A DNA stretch of 64,000 nt, taken from NCBI RefSeq assembly GCF_037042905.1, contig NC_087245.1, forward strand, positions 20,462,001 to 20,526,000. The letters run 5' to 3'. Source of the DNA: Lytechinus pictus (Eukaryota). This document shows, in pieces, positions 1-11,681 of the stretch (position 1 is its first letter; each line of letters opens with the position of its first letter). Position numbers and translations under genes: made by a program. Under the pieces are notes generated by a model. It was not told the DNA's origin. It ran no database searches and saw only the letters and a program-made list of their open reading frames with translations.

Positions 1-236
1 ATACCATAATACGTCCCGTAGGACGGGCGTATAAAAACAACAGACACACATAGCACACCTTCAAAGCTTTCGGAAATGAGGTAAGAATTAAAAAAAATTA
101 GTCTGTACTTTCTACTACAAGTAGCCTGCTTGTAAAAAGATAGAATGGGGAAAGAAGAGGAAAGGTATTAAACAAAGAAACGAGGTAACACCGACACAGG
201 AATGAGAAAAGACCAATTAACAAAGAGATAGCTTAC

Positions 237-274
237 CCCTGGCCTAGGAAGAGAGAGATATACTTGTTTGTTGT
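237..274 (-). CDS. CTNNAL1: Alpha-catulin 38-nt coding micro-exon (likely exon 12)
   Basis: (N)NKQVYLSLPRPG resembles the catulin 'YLSLPxP' linker. Strong acceptor ttttttctctccag, donor gtaagc; phase 1 in, phase 0 out restores the frame. Confidence 0.85.
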
Positions 275-694
275 CTGGAGAGAAAAAAAAAATATTTTTT
301 AAATAATAGAAATTTTTAATACAAAAGATTAATGTACGAAAGAAAATATAAGAGGAAGAAAATATCATAAAGAAAATGATAAAAATAGAGTAGAATGATG
401 TAAAAGAACGATCTCGATAAATATTAGTCCAAAACAATAACTGATTATCTAGAGTATATTGAAAACAAAATTAAGATATCAATTTTCAGAATTGGAAAAA
501 GATGAATATATATATATATTTGTTGTCTTCCTTTAGAAGACTCATAGATTCAATTTTCCCAGAGATAAGTGCAACCTCATTTATCCTGGCAACTCTATCA
601 CTGAATGATACCAAGCTATACTCCCTGTAAGTAGTAAATTGTAACAAAAGGACTAAATAGAGCTATATATTAAGTATCATACTTAAATCCTCAC

Positions 695-845
695 TTGTTT
701 TGCCAACGCAGCAGTCGTTGACCTCCTTGACTAATGTACTAAGGTCGCTAATCTGAGTTTCCCAGGTATCCGCAAAGACATCCAGATTCTCTCGAGCTAT
801 TTTACTATTATGGTTCATTGCCAGAGTGATTGCGGCTCCTGTTAG
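695..845 (-). CDS. CTNNAL1: Alpha-catulin coding exon (likely exon 11), 151 nt
   Basis: Manual translation LTGAAITLAMNHNSKIARENLDVFADTWETQISDLSTLVKEVNDCCVGKT, with the 'SKIAxENLDVF..xWExQI' catenin motif. Acceptor ttcag, donor gtgag; ends in phase 1. Confidence 0.92.
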
Positions 846-1390
846 CTGAATTTGAAGAGAAAGGGAGAAATAGTAATTTCTATTTTCTTTTTAATTCAGG
901 AATAAAATGAGTGGTCTCAAAAGTCATATGATCACCCTGACTTTGACCAAGATGCAATTATATACAATTTCAGTGACCTGATATAGCTTTGATGAATAAA
1001 GAATTAATAGTGCATTGCATTGATAAAGATAATCATCAAATCGTTTTGTCAATCTTTTTATAACAACTTGGATATGATAGCAGATCTTTAATTTTGTTCT
1101 CCTCGATTTGAACTCAAGCAGTGAAATGCCTAAGAAAAAGACACTCTTTCTTGACTATGTTTCATCCAGTCTTAGCTTTATTTACCTGTTTCTGTTGCAC
1201 CTAACTGTCCACACCTCAAAATACTCCATATCTGAGGTATTGAATTAATTTTCATGCATGGTTTCATGAAGTTAAAACAGTATCATACCATCCAACAATC
1301 AACATCCCCACCCCAGGCTTCACCCCTCCCCCCATGTGTGAGAGCCGTACCAAAATCCTGAGTCAAGAGGTTAGTTATCTGTCCACTTAC

Positions 1391-1483
1391 CTGCGTGTCC
1401 AGTGTGGCTACACTATTCTCTGCATGGTCACAACTGATGGTCAGTGGAGCTAGTCTGGACACATGGCCAAGTAATCTACAAAC
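1391..1483 (-). CDS. CTNNAL1: Alpha-catulin coding exon (likely exon 10), 93 nt
   Basis: VCRLLGHVSRLAPLTISCDHAENSVATLDTQ. Acceptor taaag, donor gtaagt. Confidence 0.88.
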
Positions 1484-2017
1484 CTTTATAATGGCAAGAG
1501 ACATAATCATTTGGGTGAGACAATAAAAGTAAATAGTGTAGTATCCCAATTCTACCTTTAAGAGCGGTTTAGGGTGTTTTGGAGAGACACAAAATGCATT
1601 AAGAATATGGATTTTGTTCACTTTAATGTTAAATATTCTTCCCCGTAGTGTGATATACACAGGGCTTGTTGCATAAAAAAGTTACCATTATGGTATATTT
1701 TATATTCAATTTAACTTTATGAGATACTTGATTTCTATTGGTTGTGGACCATTGTTACCATGGTAACAACATTATTTCATCTAGTTTTGATTACATAAAA
1801 GTACACTACACTAAGTAAGCAATATATGTTGAAGATGGTTTAGGAAGCCTGTATTCACACTCACAACACCAACTTAAAATCCATTGTCAGAATCTAGCTT
1901 TCTGTGCATTGCTGCAATTTATGATTACAAGCTTAAAAATGTCTCTTGAATAGAAAATAATTATGTTTGGAGAGGACCACGACAAAAACCTTAAGAGGAT
2001 AAAGAAGATTGCCTTAC

Positions 2018-2176
2018 TTCTCTAATTTGATCAGCGTAGTCATGGAATCTAATGGTAAGCTGTTGAACGGCTTCGACCTGCCCCTGAGTGGCTACTTCCT
2101 TTAGTTTATGTATGGTACTATGGTCATCACCAACCTTGAAGACTTCTGATGCATGATCTAGGGCTGTGTGTTGAAG
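2018..2176 (-). CDS. CTNNAL1: Alpha-catulin coding exon (likely exon 9), 159 nt
   Basis: Manual translation LQHTALDHASEVFKVGDDHSTIHKLKEVATQGQVEAVQQLTIRFHDYADQIRE (not in the ORF track). Acceptor ctcatcag, donor gtaag. Confidence 0.88.
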
Positions 2177-2818
2177 CTGATGAGAGATATAGCAAAATAA
2201 TATCCTTCATCGATACTGCATATACATGGGTATATAAATATACAAAGGTTCACTGAAGTAATCAGGTCATTTTATTTCTGTGTTGAAGCAAAAGTCAGGG
2301 TCATAACAAATGTGTGCCTCAGAGTTAATTTAAACTATGGTCTATGAATTGTTATAATTATCAATGTTATCATTATTATTATAAGCATTATAATTCTTGT
2401 TGTCATCATAATAATCATCATTATCACCTATATAGAGCGTTTTAGCCATAAATTAAAAACGCGTATTTTGGTCTGCATCAATTGGTTGTGCAGTATCAGA
2501 GCGTATCCCTAGAATGACCGAAATTCCGAAGAGTATGCCATAGGCTCCTGTACAAAATTTGCTATTGAATATGAGAGGATATTCAACAGTATAGTGCGCA
2601 TGCGCGAATGCATGAAATATACAACGCGTACAACAATGAAAGCAATGCGGTGCGCAGCATAAGAGCATGAAGTCATAATGAATTACATGCAAGTCGCATG
2701 TCAACGACCAAATTTGATCTATTGAGTGATGATGCCATTTATGTGATAAGTGATTATGACTTGTTTAATCAAATTTCTCCCTCTTTTTGATTGCTAGGGA
2801 TGGGATAGATGATAATAA

Positions 2819-2960
2819 TTATATTGGATGGCTTTCTTTCATGGAATACCAGAAATATTCCACTCGTTAAGGCCAATATTCCACTCATCTTCAATTCGTG
2901 GAATATTTGCCCAAACTCTTGGAATATATCTGGTATTCCATTCTGAGCCATCCAATATAA
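2819..2960. mobile_element. Short palindromic non-autonomous element, superfamily unknown
   Basis: 15-bp terminal IR TTATATTGGATGGCT/AGCCATCCAATATAA; inner mirrored GGAATACCAGA..ATTCCA / TGGAAT..TCTGGTATTCC. Confidence 0.6.
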
Positions 2961-3681
2961 TATAATTATTGTTAGTATGATATTATTTTCCTTATTCTTA
3001 TCATCATGACAATTGTGTCATTATAAAATAAGCTACAAATTCTTGAAAAATGGACCATTTTCACAGACCTTCCATAAGTCTAAGGTTAATGATATTCCAT
3101 CAAACCTTATCTTTTTACTTTTTATCCATTTGGCATAGCTTATCAAAGAAATTATTTGGATTAGCTAATGACTGCTTGTGGAAAGAGGGTATAGTCTGTA
3201 TAACATGTTGCTATGCCAGGAAAGCTCATGCATGCTTTTAACTCTTCAAGAAACTACAAGTTGAAAAAGACAAAAATGAACATGAAAATTATTCTTACAT
3301 TCTTCTGACTTTTCAATAAACCACAATATGCATTATTCATAGATAAGAGTATTATTCATAATTGTTACCTGATGGCCCCTTTTTTTTATAAGCCTTGCTT
3401 CTCTGGGGTCACCTTACCATCATTGTATTTTCCCCTAATTATGTTTCCAATTTGTTTGTATTGTTTTTGTATTTGATGGTTAAACAATAAATTGAATTGA
3501 AACAATATCAAACATAAACTTCAATTAAATTAATCACCTAGAAGTTCATCACTATATACTTTGAATTTTGATGAAAGCTGCAGGGATCACTGACATTGTC
3601 CCCCAAAATACCTTGATCTGCTTTTATTACATTATCCCACCGACATCTTCCAACAGGACTTGATTTAAACCAGATAATCAC

Positions 3682-3768
3682 CTGTTTCTTTAGATCTGAG
3701 ACAGATTTGACCATCTTGACCACCAGAACCTCAAGCTCATCTTCCTGTAGGTCAGATGGATGTTTGTC
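3682..3768 (-). CDS. CTNNAL1: Alpha-catulin coding exon (likely exon 8), 87 nt
   Basis: Manual translation DKHPSDLQEDELEVLVVKMVKSVSDLKKQ. Acceptor ttctcttcatag, donor gtgatt; phase 0/0. Confidence 0.85.
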
Positions 3769-4571
3769 CTATGAAGAGAATGGTGAGAATGGATAAGAGA
3801 AAGGTGGCAGAAGGGGGGATGGGAGAGAGAGATAGAATGGATGAGAGAGGAAGAGAGATACATGTAGGTAAATAGGTAGTAGGGAAAGAAACAGTGATTA
3901 TAAGAGGGAAATATAGGAGAGAGGGAGTGAGAAAGAACAAGTGGAAGAGTGAGAGAGAGAGTGGACGTGGGAGAGAGAGAGGGGGGGGGGGGTGATTGTA
4001 TGATTGATGGTTCAATGTGAATTTTCAATAAGGGAATGTACGAGGATCTTCATAACAGTCATGCCTAATATTTTGCTCCTGGTAAAATACTGTGATTATC
4101 ATTATATTATGGGGATTTTAAGTAGAATAAAATAAAAATAAAGGGGAAACAAATAAAAGCTTGTATTTCCAGGAATAAGCACAAAGGTATTAGTTGAAGT
4201 TTCATGCTAAAAAATGGAGATTGATAAGAATAAACGAGAAATTAAAAATAAATCCCTTGGGAACCTTGATATAATGATTTCCATGAAATTCAACTCAAAT
4301 ATATATGTAAATCTGTTCCTTGAGCCATTATTCATGTGAAACAGCTGTATTACCGATACCCATCTTATCATTATCAACATGTTTGTAAAAAGCCATGCAA
4401 CTGGACTAAAAATGCATTAGAATTTAGATCCACATACTTTAAGCCTTACACATACATCTTATCTGGAAATGTATTAATACACAAAGACTTCCACCATAGA
4501 AATAAAGTCGATTCTGAGTTAAAAACTTGGATATAAATTCTACAAGTTGGAATGTATAATTGGGTGATCAG

Positions 4572-4716
4572 GGGCCCGTTGCAGAAAGAGTTGCGATCAA
4601 ACGCAACTCAAAAAATCTTGCGCAACTTGATTTTCAGCCAATGAAGCACCCATATTCGGGATTTGCGCTTGATATTTTGACTTGCATTTAAACGCAACTC
4701 TTTCTGCAACAGGTCC
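4572..4716. mobile_element. PIF/Harbinger-like MITE
   Basis: TIR GGGCCCGTTGCAGAAAGAGTTGCG / CGCAACTCTTTCTGCAACAGGTCC; CAG on both sides as a 3-bp TSD. Confidence 0.8.
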
Positions 4717-4770
4717 CAGTAATATTTAGACAAGGGTTTTTAAGTGCTCTATGGATGTACTGCATACATA

Positions 4771-4967
4771 GGAGGGTGTTTCACAAATATCTAATTGTGA
4801 CTGCTTTAATGCTTGCGCGCACATGATATGTAATATGCAAACTTATTGATTAATATGCAGTAGTGTGTGTCCTCTAGGTATGATTCAACCAATGTGTTGA
4901 TGCCTCTTATGCCGTGTGCAACTGAGTATTTAAATGCGACTCTACAAATCTTTGTGAAACACGCCCC
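4771..4967. mobile_element. PIF/Harbinger-like MITE (degenerate)
   Basis: TIR GGGTGTTTCACAAA / TTTGTGAAACACGCCC. Confidence 0.65.
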
Positions 4968-4969
4968 TC

Positions 4970-5237
4970 GGCCCCGTATTACAAAGAGTTACGAATGATT
5001 CAATCAATCTCAGCTGTATGGAAATCCATCCATGTTATAATTTCTAATACAGGAAATTTGCACAATGTCCTCTGTAATTAAAGAGAAGCACACTGAATTT
5101 TCAAGAAAACAATCAATGTATATATGCATCATATCTGGAAAATGTTTTGAACATACATGTATTTTAGATGTTGACGTTGCTGGCTTTCCATAGTTGTGGT
5201 TGATCGGATCAATCGCAACTCTTTCAGAAACACCCCC
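4970..5237. mobile_element. PIF/Harbinger-like MITE (degenerate)
   Basis: GGCCCCGTATTACAAAGAGTTACG at the left end, CGCAACTCTTTCAGAAACACCCC at the right end. Confidence 0.6.
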
Positions 5238-7216
5238 AGATGTGAAATGAGGCAATTAAGAAGCAGAACAAGCTGCATCTTTGATTAGGGTCCTTCTACG
5301 CAAGGTGGAGAGGAAATTACAAGAAACTCATTTCCTACATAGGCAGGATATAAAGGCAATCCCACATGAGATGTTCTCACAAGATGGCTATGATGTTTCA
5401 ATGTACGTTTCTCAAAATGGCTACATATAATGGAAATGTCTATTCAACAACATCTGGGGATTGTAGTATGTTGTAATTTTGCAAGGATAGATCAAGGATT
5501 TGTTAAAATTTAAAGTGAACCCCCCCCCCCTCCTCTCGTCCATCTTCCTTACTCACAAAATAAACATATAGGATTGTGTTAGAGAGCAGGTTTTTTGCAT
5601 TATCAGGTTTGTTGTGTTTTTTGTAAGATTAGCATCTTATTCTAAATAAATTAGAAGGGGGAAGGCAGATTCAGCAAACCCTACCCCTCCCCCTCCATCC
5701 ATCCTTCACCTCCTCCATCCTTCATCTCCTCCTTCCCTCGCCAATGTTCATTTGGACCTATAGATTTCTAATTACACAGGATCGAGTCTTGTTCTTTTGG
5801 CGCCCATAGGGCAGTTCCCAATTAGGGGTATGGAATATTTTCACCGAGCCTTCTGGGTATGAAAACATTCCTTGTTGTTCTAGCTGTCTTGGGGTGCTCA
5901 TATAGTACATTAAACACGGCATGGCCTTCATTCTTCACACTGGTCAACACACATTATCCATTCACATCAATCAGATCTTCATTGAGGAAGAGACAATTGG
6001 GGATACACAAAAATGCACCACTCCCGCCCCAAATGGATTAACATTTTATATCAATATAAACATATTACTAATAACACAAATTACATATCAAACACCAATA
6101 TGAAATAAAAAACCCTATATATTTCTGTGATAAATATATCAATAAGCATAAATATTAACATTATTCTCAGCATAAATCCTATACAAATTATTTACTTAAC
6201 CAATTACCCTAAAACTAATCAATCAAGGGGGATTTGAAATCTAACTTCCACCCCCCCAAAAAAAAATGTCTCTCATAACAGTGTGTAAAGAAAAACCAAC
6301 CTGGAATTGGTGAAAATAGTATCTTATTTCTTCTATTGCCTCTTTCATGCACAAAATCCGACAAGAAAAACATTCATAAAATCCTATTTTGAAAACACCA
6401 ATACGCTTTTTACACTTGCAAAAATTTCCTTAACCCTGTACTATAGGTGGGCCTAAATTGCCATTTAGCCCCACCTATAGTATGGGATTATTTTGGCCCA
6501 GCATAATAGCAGGGTCATTCAAGCAATTGCTGTGCTAAGAGTGATAGTCTGGAGTTGAAAGTCACTTGTGAGAAACGAAACCCAGCCAAGCTAAGGACAG
6601 TGTTCAATGTAAGCCCTAGGGGACAACGGAGCCAGCACCGTCCAATCAGAGATAAGTGCTCATGAATTGCTACCACTAGTCCAGTATTACTGAATTGTGT
6701 GAGAGAAAGGAAGCATTTCCTTAACTGGGGTTAGGTAGAAAATTTGGCCCGTGTGAAAAAGGAAAACAAATAGTATGGGGTTAAGGATAGTACAGGGTTA
6801 AGAAAACATAGTGTAAAAAGTCTATAAGGATATGATAGGAAAAGTTAGAATACAGCATTACACTGACTCCGGGTGTAAGGGGTGCATAAGATTGCTGTAA
6901 GAATGATGACTGATAATATCTGACTGATGGTCTTCCCATATACAGGTGGAAGAGGGGGGGGGGGTGCATCACACATCTGACAAGAGGAAATGATAGCAGG
7001 TGTTCTGGTATTTTCAGAAAGGAAATGGCAACTGATAATAACTTGGTAATGAGATATACAAGAATAGCTCTTTTATATTGTAATGATGGCATCTCATTTC
7101 ATTTAACAAGCAAGAAAAATGAATGAACATTCATTTATGCACAACAACCACTCTTGAATAATCGTTTATGAATGATTTCCGAATGCCATACATATAAACA
7201 TCAAATAACACTTCAG

Positions 7217-7345
7217 GGGCTCATAAAACAAAGCTTAGCAATCATTTTAGAACTTTTTTTCACGATTGATTGCATTGACTACAATGTACAATCAATCGTG
7301 AATATCAAGTGTACGATCAATTGCTAACATTTGTGTTACGGGACC
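7217..7345. mobile_element. PIF/Harbinger-like MITE
   Basis: CAG flanks, imperfect TIRs, internal hairpin CACGATTGATTG...CAATCAATCGTG. Confidence 0.65.
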
Positions 7346-7470
7346 CAGGATAAGTTAGATCCATTCACCAAAGACCTGCACCCTAATATCAATACAAAAT
7401 GAAAAACAATTCGATTTATCAGACATTGTCTATATTCATCGACATTAAAAAACTATCATAAATCACTTAC

Positions 7471-7680
7471 ATGCATTATCGTTCTCCCGTGGTCGTTGAG
7501 AGCCGTCAGATTAGCCCGGGCCCGTTCACATAGGGTCAGTATCCTCTCTCTGTGTTCATGTGAAGTGTAGGCAGAGTCTGTGAAGTCCTGGGTTGTGTCG
7601 ACGAGCAGGTCCATGGCTAGCTGCATCTTTGTTCTTGTCGGTTCATCCGCAAGGGTTACTTTGGAGGTTTCCACCAGATC
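7471..7680 (-). CDS. CTNNAL1: Alpha-catulin coding exon (likely exon 7), 210 nt
   Basis: DLVETSKVTL...TQDFTDSAYTSHEHRERILTLCERAR...IMH; 'DFTDSAYTSHEHRERIL' is characteristic of catulin. Acceptor cattag, donor gtaagt. Confidence 0.94.
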
Positions 7681-8618
7681 CTAATGAGGAAGTCATGAAT
7701 ATTCATCACTAGACACTAGATTTAATTAGCTAATTTGTGAAAGAAAACTTGGGGGTTGTACATCTCATTTTCATTTTCTTTCCTCAGTCTTTTTTCAGGT
7801 GTACTTGATTAGCTTTGCAATTACCTAAAAAGTTCAAGATGTGACTGTTACATGTAGATATGCAATCTAACTTTTCTTACGGTTCTACAATTAACTTGAA
7901 ATACATAATTCATAGATTAATGAACATCTTTACTGGATTTTTTGTCATCTTCTTGTGATAAATGGAGTTGCATAGATCATGTCCATCAGTTTGCTTGGAA
8001 TACATACTTGATGGATTGGATAAAAATCTGTGACATTATCGAGTCATCAAACCTAAGTTTTAATTTCAGTTTAATTTTTTTCTCATTTCCAACAGAACAG
8101 CATACAAAGCCATAAAAATACAATTAAAATTATAATTATAAAATATAATAAACAAACATGTTACACAATATATATATATTTATCTGAATTATACATTTGA
8201 AAATTAGATGGATGATTAAATAACATGTTGGAAATGGAGAGGTCCTCTGTGAATCTGTGATGTAAATCATGGACCCCTCTAATTAAATTATTCAATAATA
8301 ATAATAATGATAGTGGCCAACAGAGAGGAAGAAAGAAAATGAAATAAGAAAATAAGAATAAAGAATAAAATAAGAGAGCTAACATAGCTATGATAGTTTA
8401 TAACATAGTTTATGATAACCAACAAGAATCATGACCTTTTTTTAAATTGAAATTTACTCCATTTTCTCCTGATCTTTTTATCTCATTTCCTACTTATAAA
8501 GATGAACTAAGAAGTGGACCCATCTGCGATAGAAACCTAAGAAAGATGAAAAAGCCACCAAGATATCATACACACACTTTAGGATAACTACATCTAAAAA
8601 CATAGCAACAAGACCTAC

Positions 8619-8813
8619 ATGTAACTCTTGCATGATACTGTGCATATTAGGCCACGATGTAATGCCATTGGGGGAAGAGTGAGAAGAGATGCGCTTGTTG
8701 TCATACTTGTCGTAGATGATGTCTTCCACGTTGGAAAGGGCTTTCCTCATGTTGACGAAAACCGAATCACGGGTCTTCTTGGCTGGCTCACATTCTGGAT
8801 GTCTAAGGCACGT
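8619..8813 (-). CDS. CTNNAL1: Alpha-catulin coding exon (likely exon 6), 195 nt
   Basis: TCLRHPECEPAKKTRDSVFVNMRKALSNVEDII...MHSIMQELH with the 'CLRHP' motif. Acceptor aaccag, donor gtagg (donor position slightly less certain). Confidence 0.88.
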
Positions 8814-9512
8814 CTGGTTATGGTTTGGAATAAAAATAGGATTCAAATTGAATGGGATTAAAATCACATTGCAGAGAGGTATTGGGCACAGGATAGTCTC
8901 AGCAAACAAACACTTGTAGAATATACAAAGACATTTGGCTGGTGCATATCAAGGTACAATCAGCTTCAATAGGACGTTCAGAATAAAAGAGCCAACTTCG
9001 ATGCTGATTCACCAAAAGTTATTTTTTGGTTTGTGCAAAATCAAGCTTTATGCGGGTATACAATGACCTCTATGACACTCGGCCTTGACATTGTGGCAAA
9101 AACCTTATCAGAACATAGTTCCTGCCTTAGACATTTATCAGCCAAGTTTAAAGTTAAATCACTAGACAGTTTTTAGGTCATCACAAGAACATTGATTGGA
9201 CAGATGAACAGATAATCCCAAATCAAAATGCCTCTATAAGCAATCCATATCGGGCAAAGAAATAAAAAAAATGGATGAATTTCGTAAATCAAATCATTTA
9301 ACCATGCAATTCTGCTTTCTGTATCCAGTACGAAATGGACAGAGCAGGACAAATATCTTTATTAAAGTTGTAAACACAGAGATTGGACTGAGGAAATACC
9401 TCAGTACCTCTGAACTATCAGGGTACTAAATCTTCCTTAAATTGATCAAACTACCCTGATCCCTTGAGAAGATGGAATGATGATGAATCTGATATTGATG
9501 TCTTTGCCTCAC

Positions 9513-9602
9513 CTTACATGATGTCAGCAGCATTGTGGTAGACTTCTCTAGGGTCGATCGGGTGCATGCCATCTTGGCTTTAGCTCTCTCATCTTTTAAA
9601 TC
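9513..9602 (-). CDS. CTNNAL1: Alpha-catulin coding exon (likely exon 5), 90 nt
   Basis: DLKDERAKAKMACTRSTLEKSTTMLLTSCK. Acceptor tttatcag, donor gtgag. Confidence 0.94.
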
Positions 9603-9674
9603 CTGATAAAATAATAGACAGTAGTACAAAAATAAAATATATCATTGAGGACACTAGTAAGAAATATATATAGT

Positions 9675-9966
9675 GGGGCGTCATGGTCTAGTGGTAATGA
9701 CTCTCGTCTTTTAATCTGAGGGACGTGGGTTTGATTCCAAGCCATGGCATGTTTTCCTTCAGCAAGAAATTTACCCACATTTTGTTCACTCAACCCAGGT
9801 GAGGTGAATAGGTACCTGGTAGGAATTTATTCCTTGAAAGCAGCGTGCGTTAACAGCTGCTCGGCTAAAGCCAGGGTAATTATGCTGCATTGCCGTAGAG
9901 CGCTTAGAGACTTCTGATAAAGTAAGTGCCAAGTGCTATATAAGCAAGTATAATTATTATTATTAT
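9675..9966 (+). mobile_element. tRNA-derived SINE
   Basis: Pol III A box TGGTCTAGTGG (9684-9694) and B box GGTTTGATTCC (9728-9738), a CORE/Meta-like central segment CCTTCAGCAAGAAATTTACCC...ACCCAGGTG...GGTACC, and a (TAT)n tail. Confidence 0.8.
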
Positions 9967-10321
9967 CACTGGAGCAGTTCTAACCAGTTTGGACTGTTTC
10001 AAATGTAACAAGTATGTGTCTGTGTGTGATTATTCTAATGGCTGAGAAACATGATGTGTATTACACTACTCAAAAAAAGTTAAGGACCACTTTTTAAAAC
10101 GTACATAAAGATTTTATACAAGGTGTTTTATTTCTGGAAATACCTCAGTACAACTGTCCTAAATGTCCTTAAACACGCTGTAATCAATTTCACGCATGGA
10201 TGGTTTCAGTTGTTGCACAATGTCTCTCGCATCACTGCACATCCTGAAAAGTGGGCCCCGAGGGGTATCAGCTACCGACATGAAGTGGTAAAAACGAATG
10301 TCTGAGTGTCTTTCAGGCAGT

Positions 10322-11350
10322 TCAGTAACGAGTGTGACCACCTCCTGCAGCAATAACGGCTTCACAGCGCTGTCTCATGGAGCTGATGAGGCGATTGATG
10401 TCTCTGACGTCCAGTGCATCCCATGCAGCCTCCAGAGCCACACCCAGCTGCTGCAGTCCAAGTGGATGGGCTTCGAGCTGCTCGAGACTCCTCCCCATCA
10501 TGTCCCAGACGTGCTCTATCGGGTTTAAGTCCGGGGACCTCGCTGGTCACTCCATACGCTCAATCCCCTGGCCCTCAAGGAACTCGGTCACCACCCTAGC
10601 TCGGTGGGCACGGGCATTGTCATCCATGAAAATTATGTTTTGTCCCACATTTTCTGCAAATGGCACCACTATAGGTTCAAGGACCTCATCCCTGTACCTC
10701 ACTCCTGTCATTGCTCCCCCTGGGACCACGTAGAGACGAGTACGGTTGGCGTAGGTGATGCCTCCCCACACCATGACGCTGCCTCCCCCATAACGGTCAT
10801 GTTCTGCAATACAGGGGTCTGCAAATCTCTCTCCTGGTCGCCTCCAGACTCTCGAACGTCCATCATTGTGGTCAAGGGAAAATCTGCTCTCATCTGTGAA
10901 CAGAACTCTACGCCATTGCTGTCTGGTCCATCTGACATGCTCCCGGGCCCAGTTGAGACGAATTCTTCTGTGAGCAGGGGTGAGTGGGACACACTGAGCT
11001 GGCCGTCTGGCATGCATATTGGCTCTGTGAAGTCGGTTACGGATTGTTTGAGTGGAAACAATCACTCCAGTTGCTGCAGCGAAGTCATTGTTGAGGCGGC
11101 GTGCACTGTGAAAGCGGTTGCGGAGGCTGAGATTCGTCAAGTAGCGATCATCTCTAGGGGTTGTCGAAACTGGTCGGCCACTGCGGGGTCTCTCGGAGTA
11201 TAGCCCTGTCTCTCGGTGTCTTTGATTTGCTCTGCTAATGACACTGTGTGACACGCCCATCATTCTGGCTACTCTTCGCTGACTGAGGCCAGCTTCCAGC
11301 ATCCCTAGGGCTCTGGCTACATCTGTTTCACTTAGGTGGTGTCTTGGCAT
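10322..11350 (-). pseudogene. Second Tc1 transposase copy with a nonsense mutation (TGG>TGA at 10547), giving a 267-aa product without the catalytic E
   Basis: Mirror image of 11682-12710. The frame stops at GIERME*; the downstream codons remain otherwise intact. Confidence 0.92.
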
Positions 11351-11674
11351 TGCTGTTGTAGGCAAGTTGTTGATTGTACAGACTAAAGACGGAAAATGCT
11401 TTGGAAGACACTTGTCTTATGGCCCACTGCAATGATGCCAGAGACATCATGAAAGAACTGCATGTGTGAAATTGATGTCATTGTGTTTGATGGCATTCTG
11501 GACAGCTGTATCTTGGCATTGCTATTGTCAGCAAGTTGTTGATTGTAGAGACTAAAGACAGAAAATGCTTTGGAAGCCACTTTTGTACGGGCACATTGCA
11601 ATGATGCAAGAGACATGAAAGAACTGCATGTGTGAAATTGATTTCATTGTGTTTGATGGCATCCTGGACAGCTG
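11342..11674 (+). repeat. Two diverged tandem direct repeats (~167 and ~164 bp) forming the centre of the palindromic element
   Basis: Units start TCTTGGCATTGCT at 11342 and 11511 and end GGACAGCTG at 11508 and 11674. Confidence 0.9.
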
Positions 11675-11681
11675 GATAGCA

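Noticed and set aside
5780..6103. Possible extra catulin exon between the 210-nt and 87-nt exons
   Set aside because: The minus-strand frame I read after the candidate acceptor hits a stop, and the flanking exons already join in frame with continuous similarity.
9675..9750. tRNA gene
   Set aside because: A and B boxes are present but the cloverleaf is degenerate and it continues into a SINE body and tail.
11628..11681. Upstream in-frame ATG giving a 360-aa transposase (MCEIDF...)
   Set aside because: It lies in the spacer repeat and is not mirrored in the other arm; ATG 11682 is shared by both copies and gives a typical Tc1 length.
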